A stretch of 64,000 bases of DNA. It comes from an uncultured cyanobacterium (GTDB taxonomy: Bacteria > Cyanobacteriota > Cyanobacteriia > Phormidesmidales > Phormidesmidaceae). Position numbers and translations under genes: made by a program. Shown here piece after piece: positions 57,034-64,000 of this stretch. The stretch is taken from NCBI GenBank assembly GCA_963793265.1, contig CAWBZI010000007.1:288001-352000 (forward strand), in the 5' to 3' direction. The notes under the pieces are model-generated. The model worked only from the letters and a program-made list of their open reading frames with translations. It was not told the DNA's origin and made no database searches. How positions within the stretch are numbered: the first letter of the stretch is position 1; every line of letters begins with the position of its first letter.

Positions 57034-57159
57034 AGGGTTTTGGTAATTTGATTAATACAGAGATGCTTAAGGGTAGCAAAACTGGAACAGGGCGGCTTGC
57101 TGGTGAAGGAAGGAACATACACAATAGAGACTTTTAACAGCGATCGCACGGCAGCATTC

Positions 57160-58926
57160 ATGAGTAGTTTAATCGGCAAACGCCTGCAATCTGGAAAGTA
57201 CAAGCTGGATACCGTGCTGGGTCGGGGTGGATTTGGTCTGACGTTTCGAGCGCATCAAACCTTTCTAGATCAGGTGGTGGTGATTAAAACGCTGCATGAA
57301 ACGCACTGGCGCGCGCCGAATATTGGCGATTTGCAGCGGCAGTTTCAAGACGAGGCCCGGCGGCTGGCGATGTGCAGCCATCCTAATGTGGTGCGGGTAA
57401 GCGACTTTTTTTTGGAAGACGGCCTGCCCTACATGGTGATGGATTACATTCCAGGGCGATCGCTCTTCGATATCGTCATCCCCAGCAATCCGCTCCCTGT
57501 CAAAGCCTCTGTAGACTACATCAGCCAAATAGGCCGAGCCCTTCAAGCCGTTCACGCTAAAGGCTTACTGCATCGTGACGTAAAGCCGCAAAACATCATG
57601 ATTCACGAGCTGACCGGAGAAGCCGTGCTCATCGACTTTGGCATTGCCCGCGAGCTAACGCAAAACCCAACTCAAACCCACACCAGCATTGTCTCAGAAG
57701 GATATGCGCCGATTGAGCAGTATTTGCCCAAGGCCCATCGGTCGGCGGCAACTGATATCTATGGCTTAGCCGCGACGTTATATACGCTATTAACCGCTGA
57801 GGTGCCAGTGGCGGCGGTGTTGCGCGATCGCAATCCTCTAACGCCAATCAGACAGCTTCGGCCTGATGTGCCTGAACCAATGGCGGCGGCAATTGAGCAG
57901 GGAATGAATATTGAACTGCGCGATCGCCCGCAGTCGGTCGGTCGGTGGCTAACTATGCTAACAGAGGGGCAAAAGACAGGGATCTTCGGGCGATCGCAGC
58001 GTCCCACCGCAAAGCAAGTTTCTAATCGCCTACCGAATTCCTCAGCCGTGCCAACCCAGGTTGCAGCACCAGGCTATCGATCAGCGCCTGCTGGCACGAA
58101 CAGTAAAACGGTAGCGGTGCCTGTTCCTACCGGCTACCGAGAAGAAACCGCTTATCGCCCAGCCGTCCAGCCCAAACCAAAAGGAAAAGGATTGAGCTGT
58201 CTTTCTATTTTAGGACTGCTGGCGTTGTTGATTATGGGCGCTGTAGCGGGCGGTGGCTACTGGCTGTATGAACAGTCTCGGGGACTTTCGCTGCCGCAAA
58301 TAGAGCTGCCCGATGACATTGAGGTAACACTGCCTGAAGCAGAGAACCCTGAGTCAGAATCGGAAGAACCCGAAAGTGAGCAGCCTGAAGCGGAGCCTAC
58401 TCCAGAGCCAAACGTGCCCGATGAGCCTGAGTACACGCCCGTACCTGATAAACCTGTGAGCAGCCCAGGCGCGCCGCCGCTGGTACTTGCAAACAGCGGT
58501 AATCCTGCCAATGCCCAGCCTGGCAACACGGGTGGAATGGTGCCTGTACCAGGATTTTCGCCGGGCACCTCAGAAGATAAGGTAACCGCCAGGCTCGGCC
58601 AACCTACTCGAACCAATTCGGCCAACGGCTTTTATACAACAACTTATACGCTGGTTCCCAATCGCGTCACAGTAGCCTACGTATACGACCAGGGCTCCGA
58701 TCAAGTGCGACAGTCTGAAGCAGCATTTTCACCTGCTACCGACCGGTTTGTCATGCGGACGGCTTTGATCGGCATGTTGAACGGGCGATCCACCACAGAA
58801 ATTGAGAATGGGCTGAAGGCGGTAAGAAAGGGGGAGCGCGATCGCTTTCCGATCAATACAGGCGCGTTTACAGGCGCTATAGAACGCAACGCCAACGGCT
58901 ACATTCATATTCACGTGCAGCAGTAG
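57160..58926 (+). CDS. Hanks-type Ser/Thr protein kinase with TM helix and extracytoplasmic domain
   Basis: GRGGFG, VVIK, HRDVKPQN, DFGIAR, GYAPIEQ; TM helix; Glu/Pro-rich linker. Confidence 0.93.
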   Translation: MSSLIGKRLQSGKYKLDTVLGRGGFGLTFRAHQTFLDQVVVIKTLHETHWRAPNIGDLQRQFQDEARRLAMCSHPNVVRVSDFFLEDGLPYMVMDYIPGRSLFDIVIPSNPLPVKASVDYISQIGRALQAVHAKGLLHRDVKPQNIMIHELTGEAVLIDFGIARELTQNPTQTHTSIVSEGYAPIEQYLPKAHRSAATDIYGLAATLYTLLTAEVPVAAVLRDRNPLTPIRQLRPDVPEPMAAAIEQGMNIELRDRPQSVGRWLTMLTEGQKTGIFGRSQRPTAKQVSNRLPNSSAVPTQVAAPGYRSAPAGTNSKTVAVPVPTGYREETAYRPAVQPKPKGKGLSCLSILGLLALLIMGAVAGGGYWLYEQSRGLSLPQIELPDDIEVTLPEAENPESESEEPESEQPEAEPTPEPNVPDEPEYTPVPDKPVSSPGAPPLVLANSGNPANAQPGNTGGMVPVPGFSPGTSEDKVTARLGQPTRTNSANGFYTTTYTLVPNRVTVAYVYDQGSDQVRQSEAAFSPATDRFVMRTALIGMLNGRSTTEIENGLKAVRKGERDRFPINTGAFTGAIERNANGYIHIHVQQ

Positions 58927-59029
58927 CGGCTGAGCTATTCCATGAATCTTCTTTGACTTCGCTACGGCGACGCGAGTTGAACGATAAACTGAGGTCTTGT
59001 CGCAACCTACGCAAGGCAGTTCTACAGTT

Positions 59030-61807
59030 ATGTCTACAGTTCAGCAGTGGCACACGCTAGGAACAAGTGAAGCTTTGACGGCCCTTAGCAGCAGCTCAGA
59101 AAAGGGACTAAGTGCGGCAGAAGCAGACAAGCGACTAGCGGAATACGGCACGAATGAACTGAAGGAGACGGGCGGTCGCAGTCGCCTGAAAATTTTGCTC
59201 GATCAGTTTGCAGATGTGATGCTGCTGATGCTGATTGGGGTGGCTGTTGTGGCGGCGGTGCTGGATATTCGGGCGGGAAATTTTCCCAAGGATGCGATCG
59301 CAATTTCCGCCATTGTCCTGATCAACGCAGCCTTAGGCTACTTTCAAGAGAGCAAAGCAGAAGAGGCGCTATCTGGATTAAAAGCACTTTCTGCCCCAAA
59401 CGTGTCGGTACTGCGAGACGGTCAGCGACAGCAGCTACCGGCAAAGGAGTTAGTGCCGGGCGATTTGGTGCTGTTAGAAGCGGGCGATCAGGTGGCAGCC
59501 GATGGGAGACTGTTAGAAGCAGCTAGCTTGCAGGCTAGGGAGTCGGCGCTGACGGGGGAAGCGACTGGGGTAGAGAAGCGATCGCAAGAAACGCTGCCTG
59601 AGGACACTGCACTAGCCGACCAAAAGAATCTTGTTTTTCAGGGCACCGAGATTGTTCACGGACGCGGCAAGATGCTGGTGACGCGCACTGGCATGGACAC
59701 AGAGCTAGGCAAAATTGCCACCATGATTCAGTCAGTATCCGTGCTCTCTACACCCTTGCAGCAGCGGCTCAAGCAGCTAGGCAACGTGTTGGTCATTGGC
59801 TCTCTTTCGCTGGTAACCATTGTTGTTGTTGTCGGTACAATCGTTCTAGGCTGGCCGTCGTTTGAAGAATTGCTTACCGTGTCGTTGAGTATGGCGGTGG
59901 CGGTGGTGCCAGAAGGACTGCCTGCGGTGATTACGGTGACGCTGGCGATTGGAACGCAGCGGATGGTAAAGCGACAGTCCTTAATTCGCAGGCTCCCGGC
60001 GGTAGAAACGCTGGGCTCGGTGACGACCATTTGTTCTGATAAAACCGGGACGCTGACGCAGAACAAAATGGTGGTGCAGTCGGTGCACGTTGCCGGGCTT
60101 CCTTTTGAGAGCAATATAGAAGTTAGTGGCGAGGGCTATGTGCCTGAAGGAGAGTTTCTGTTAAAAGAGAAGGTGGTGGAGCCTTTAGAGAAACCGACGC
60201 TGGCTTTGTTGCTGTTGAACTGCGCGCTGTGTAACGATGCCGCGCTGCAAAAAGAAGATAGCGCAGAAGGTAAGCAGTGGGGGATTGTGGGCGACCCGAC
60301 AGAAGGGGCGCTGGTGACGCTGGCGGCTAAAGCTGGACTGGATAAAGGACAGCTAGACTATGAGTTTGTGCGGCAAGATGAATTTCCGTTTTCTTCTGAG
60401 CGCAAGCGGATGAGCGTGATGGTGTCGGTGCCCGAGAGTAATAAGCTGGGGATTGATGCGGCGGCGGTGGTGTTTGCCAAGGGGTCTGCTGAGCTGTTGC
60501 TAGAGCGCTGTAATCGGATTGGGCATGGGGGGCGATCGCTTGCTGAAGATGACCGAAAGGAGATATTAAAAAAGACCGAAGCGCTAGCGAGTGAAGGCGA
60601 GAGAGTGCTGGGGTTTGCCTATAAACCGTTAGAGTCTGAGAGCCAAAAGCTGACAGAAGAATCGGCTGAACAAGATCTGATTTGGCTGGGGCTAGTTGCG
60701 ATGATTGATGCCCCCAGACCCGAGGTACTAGGCGCGGTAAAGCGCTGCCAAAGAGCCGGAATTCGTCCGGTCATGATTACAGGCGATCATCCTCTAACCG
60801 CGCGGGCGTTGGCATTTGACTTGGGCTTAGTGAGTGCGCCTGATTCGGAGGTGTATACGGGGCAAAAGATAGAGGCGATGAGCCAGGATGAGCTAGAGCA
60901 GGTTGTGAAGTCTGTGAGCGTATATGCGCGGGTATCCCCTGAGCACAAGCTGCGAATTGTACAGGCATTGCAGGCGCAAAAACAGGTCGTCGCGATGACC
61001 GGAGACGGGGTGAATGATGCCCCTGCGCTGAAGCAGGCCGATATCGGCGTGGCGATGGGCATTACGGGCACTGATGTCAGCAAAGATGCAAGCGATATGG
61101 TACTGCTAGACGACAACTTTGCTTCGATTGTGGCCGCTGCCGAAGAGGGGCGAGTGGTGTATAGCAATATTCGCCGGTTTGTAAAATATATCTTAGGCTC
61201 CAACATTGGCGAGGTGATTACGATTGCCCTTTCACCTTTACTGCTGCCAATCGTCGCCGTGCCGCTTACGCCCTTACAAATTCTGTGGATGAATCTTGTC
61301 ACCGATGGCTTTCCGGCTTTAGCGCTGGCGCTAGAACCACCGGAGCCAAACACGATGGATCGGCCACCGCACGACCCTAAAGAGAGTATTTTTGCCCGCG
61401 GGCTGGGTTGGTATATGGTGCGCGTGGGCATCGTGTTTGCAATCTTGGCGATTTCGCTGATGCTGTGGTCATATGGCTATACGCAGCAGAGCGGCAATCC
61501 TGAGCGATGGAAGACGATGGTGTTTACGATGCTGTGTTTGTCGCAAATGGGTCATGCGATCGCCGTTCGTTCTAGCCACAAGCTCGCAATCGAAATGTCT
61601 CAGCTTTCTAATCCTTACGTACTCCTAGCTGTTGTTACCACCACCGTGCTACAGCTCTTACTCATCTACGTACCTTTCCTACGGAACTTCTTCGGCACAC
61701 ACTACCTATCGATTACAGATTTGCTGGTATGCGTAGGCTTTAGCTCGTTGTTGTTTTTGTGGATCGAACTGGAGAAGCTGTTTATTCGTAGCAGGTCAGC
61801 GACGTAA
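59030..61807 (+). CDS. Cation-transporting P-type ATPase (P2A, PacL/Ca2+-ATPase-like)
   Basis: [52 protein letters not shown]. Confidence 0.95.
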   Translation: MSTVQQWHTLGTSEALTALSSSSEKGLSAAEADKRLAEYGTNELKETGGRSRLKILLDQFADVMLLMLIGVAVVAAVLDIRAGNFPKDAIAISAIVLINAALGYFQESKAEEALSGLKALSAPNVSVLRDGQRQQLPAKELVPGDLVLLEAGDQVAADGRLLEAASLQARESALTGEATGVEKRSQETLPEDTALADQKNLVFQGTEIVHGRGKMLVTRTGMDTELGKIATMIQSVSVLSTPLQQRLKQLGNVLVIGSLSLVTIVVVVGTIVLGWPSFEELLTVSLSMAVAVVPEGLPAVITVTLAIGTQRMVKRQSLIRRLPAVETLGSVTTICSDKTGTLTQNKMVVQSVHVAGLPFESNIEVSGEGYVPEGEFLLKEKVVEPLEKPTLALLLLNCALCNDAALQKEDSAEGKQWGIVGDPTEGALVTLAAKAGLDKGQLDYEFVRQDEFPFSSERKRMSVMVSVPESNKLGIDAAAVVFAKGSAELLLERCNRIGHGGRSLAEDDRKEILKKTEALASEGERVLGFAYKPLESESQKLTEESAEQDLIWLGLVAMIDAPRPEVLGAVKRCQRAGIRPVMITGDHPLTARALAFDLGLVSAPDSEVYTGQKIEAMSQDELEQVVKSVSVYARVSPEHKLRIVQALQAQKQVVAMTGDGVNDAPALKQADIGVAMGITGTDVSKDASDMVLLDDNFASIVAAAEEGRVVYSNIRRFVKYILGSNIGEVITIALSPLLLPIVAVPLTPLQILWMNLVTDGFPALALALEPPEPNTMDRPPHDPKESIFARGLGWYMVRVGIVFAILAISLMLWSYGYTQQSGNPERWKTMVFTMLCLSQMGHAIAVRSSHKLAIEMSQLSNPYVLLAVVTTTVLQLLLIYVPFLRNFFGTHYLSITDLLVCVGFSSLLFLWIELEKLFIRSRSAT

Positions 61808-61836
61808 GCGGCCAGCCGACCAACGCTAAACGTTTA

Positions 61837-61892
61837 ATCTTCTGGCTAAATTCTTCTGGCTAAATTCTTTTAGCCAAATTCTTCTAGCCAAA
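61837..61892. repeat. Tandem 14-nt repeat x4, overlapping the stop codon of the cupin gene
   Basis: atcttctggctaaa ttcttctggctaaa ttcttttagccaaa ttcttctagccaaa. Confidence 0.85.
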
Positions 61893-62441
61893 CACAACCC
61901 CCTTTTTGGCATCATCAGAGTATACGTGAAAGGTAAATCCAGGCTCCAAGCAGGTAATGCGATGAATGCAGTTATCATAGCGCTCGGCTTCTCCAAAAGA
62001 CCAGGTAGCCTCCGCCTGCTGTAGCCGCTGGACTTCTTTTACATACAGACCGCTAGTGAGCGTTGTCCCAAAAGTTTCTACTTCAAACACGCCGCTGACA
62101 ACATAGTAAAAAGAGAAGTCGGGATGACCATGAATAGAGGTTTTTGCCTGCTTATCCCAGCGCATTACCAGTGCTTCAAAGTCTCTATAGTCGAGCGTGG
62201 CACTCGGTTCCGTAATTAATGACTCTTTTGCGATACAGGTTCGCGTGTAGTTTGCTGACTCAAACGGCATATGATCCATATTAGGAAAAGCCCCTGTGTC
62301 GAGGTTGCCCTGTAGCCATAGTCCTAATAGCTGACGGCTCGCGGTATTCTCTAGAGCGGTATTGTGAGAAGTGTTTTGGTCAATATTATCTCGGTAGTCG
62401 AGCAGCCTTTGAAACAGACGATCTAGGTCAATAGTTTGCAT
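61884..62441 (-). CDS. Cysteine dioxygenase-like cupin
   Basis: YTRTCI, MRW, TSIHGH (HxH), IHRI (third His), FHVYS. Confidence 0.75.
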   Translation of the reverse strand: MQTIDLDRLFQRLLDYRDNIDQNTSHNTALENTASRQLLGLWLQGNLDTGAFPNMDHMPFESANYTRTCIAKESLITEPSATLDYRDFEALVMRWDKQAKTSIHGHPDFSFYYVVSGVFEVETFGTTLTSGLYVKEVQRLQQAEATWSFGEAERYDNCIHRITCLEPGFTFHVYSDDAKKGVVFG

Positions 62442-62733
62442 TAGCTCACCTGCGCTAAATCAAAATGATCGGTCGCTCGGAACATAGACAAACCCCTTTT
62501 TGCGTTGCTAGCCCATAGAAGACGAGAAAGATGAGAATAGGCTTTGCAAGCTCAATCACAAACCTTAAAAAATCTGACTAACTGTTTTTTCGACAAGAGC
62601 ATCATCATAGAGCATCCAGCAATACTATTCATAAACTAAACCATTTCTCATTATCAACTCATCTCGCAAATCGTCTTGCAGGCTAATAGTTAGCTACACC
62701 TGTTCAAAACAGCAGTCACTCTAAAGCCTCCCT

Positions 62734-63351
62734 ATGAATCGAAAAACGTACAAAAAAGTGCCCAAAAGACTGCTTTACGGCACTGCATTTGCAGTCAGCC
62801 TATGCCTATTTGCAAGCACCGGCTTCTCTAATAACCTATCTGCACCTCGCCTGGGTTCAGCCACCGCTCAGGCCCAAACGTCAGGTATGACGCTAACGCA
62901 GCTAGAAGCCATTCTCAAGGCAGAAGACAACAACTTACAGGGTAGCGCCGGGCAGTGGCAGCTCAATGTAAACGTTCAAAATCCTGAAGATCCTTCATTA
63001 CAGGCTACTCGCCCTGTTGTCGTACTGGCTGACCAAACCAACAACCGCATGAGAATTGTGGCTCCTGTGGCTGCTGCTAGCGAGATGTCTGCGCAGCAGG
63101 TGCAAATTGTTTTGCTCGCCAATTTTCATACGGCTTTAGACGCCCGCTATGCCCTGTCGGAAGACACGCTGGTTTCTGTTTTTGTTCATCCGCTGGGCTC
63201 TCTTAGCGAGGACGATTTGCGCTCAGGGCTGAGCCAGGTCGCTACTTTAGCCGATACTTTTGGCACCACTTACTCTAGCGGCATCATTGGCTTTGGCCCC
63301 GGCAATCAGTCAAATTCTCAGCCTGCCTCTGCTGATGATTTGCCTATTTAA
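62734..63351 (+). CDS. Secreted protein with a YbjN/type III chaperone-like fold
   Basis: Signal peptide; NRMRIVAPV, LLANFHTALDARYA, TFGTTYSSG. Confidence 0.65.
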   Translation: MNRKTYKKVPKRLLYGTAFAVSLCLFASTGFSNNLSAPRLGSATAQAQTSGMTLTQLEAILKAEDNNLQGSAGQWQLNVNVQNPEDPSLQATRPVVVLADQTNNRMRIVAPVAAASEMSAQQVQIVLLANFHTALDARYALSEDTLVSVFVHPLGSLSEDDLRSGLSQVATLADTFGTTYSSGIIGFGPGNQSNSQPASADDLPI

Positions 63352-63421
63352 CGCTGTGTTTATGTAGCTTGCTCACCTCACAAAGGTTCATCCAACAGGA
63401 TTCATCTAACAGGATATTCTC

Positions 63422-64000
63422 ATGACTTCTAAAACAACGATCATTCGCGCGGGTCTGACGGCTTCGGCGCTAGCAGTCGCGGCCCTCTTGGGCAGTGCCC
63501 CTTTATTTGGCAGCGCTGCTAATACAGAACCTGTTGCTGTTACGGTCACTATCGAAAACATCGCGCCCGATCAGGGGCCGGTGCTCACGCCGCTGTGGGT
63601 AGGGTTTCATGAAGGCGATTACGATTTGTATGAGTTTGGGGCGGCGGCTTCGCCCGAGCTAGAGCGGATTGCTGAAGACGGCAGTCCGGCGGCGATTAGA
63701 GAGGCGTTTGCAAGTGAAGGGGAGGCCCGAGTGGATGGCGTATTGACGGGTGAGGGCATTAGTCCTGAGTCACCACCGCTGATTCCGCCCGGCACCTCAG
63801 CGACGATGACGTTTGAGGTGAGCGCGGCCCATCCCTTTTTCAGCTATGCCTCGATGATTTTGCCGAGTAATGATGGCTTTATTGGCAATGAGAGCGCCAG
63901 TGGCTACCGTGTGTTTGATGTTGAGGGTAACTTTATTGGCACGGAGTTTATTGTTATTGGTAGTCAGATTCAGGATGCTGGGACTGAGGTGAATGATGAG
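63422..64000 (+). CDS. Secreted spondin-domain protein; 3' end runs off the window
   Basis: Manual translation: signal peptide, VTVTIEN, LTPLWVGFH, ASPELERIAEDG, FSYASMILPSNDGFIG, DAGTEVNDE. Confidence 0.88.
   Translation, partial: MTSKTTIIRAGLTASALAVAALLGSAPLFGSAANTEPVAVTVTIENIAPDQGPVLTPLWVGFHEGDYDLYEFGAAASPELERIAEDGSPAAIREAFASEGEARVDGVLTGEGISPESPPLIPPGTSATMTFEVSAAHPFFSYASMILPSNDGFIGNESASGYRVFDVEGNFIGTEFIVIGSQIQDAGTEVNDE

Overview
Cyanobacterial chromosomal window: HIP1 octamers (GCGATCGC) occur throughout, and the gene content resembles filamentous Leptolyngbya/Phormidesmis-type strains. It holds about 50 CDSs; I found no rRNA, tRNA, transposase or CRISPR array. In order: a lipid-linked glycosylation cluster (GT2-GtrA, GtrB-like GT2, two GT-C proteins, GtrA); sphR/phoB; leuS with a 1-nt frameshift; an exported filamentous-haemagglutinin/TPR-CHAT/DUF928 locus; cofH; amt; an LRR-kinase; biuret hydrolase; a stand-alone allophanate-hydrolase C-domain; a Rieske oxygenase; a DMT transporter; a yeast-type leuA; an HTH-NB-ARC-DUF1822/CHAT-CHASE2/DUF928 operon; a Tat-exported flavin amine oxidase with an exported RidA; an AAA ATPase; MNT-HEPN; a NarL-type two-component system facing a 3-gene operon; a PMT-type glycosyltransferase; an orphan cas6; hydrolases; an M3 peptidase; a Ser/Thr kinase; a P-type ATPase; a cysteine dioxygenase-like cupin; and a partial spondin-domain gene. 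Most notable: (1) a 25-aa Leu-rich leader ORF, below the ORF-track size cutoff, upstream of leuA; (2) two CHAT-protease/DUF928 loci, one with a five-fold repeated G(G/A/S)xSR-like motif and one with an NB-ARC-DUF1822 chimera; (3) an orphan, apparently catalytically degenerate Cas6; (4) consensus NtcA and CRP boxes upstream of the oxidase-RidA operon; (5) a four-layer nested repeat/MITE at 54.9-55.2 kb. All family calls come from motif recognition by eye; no searches were run.
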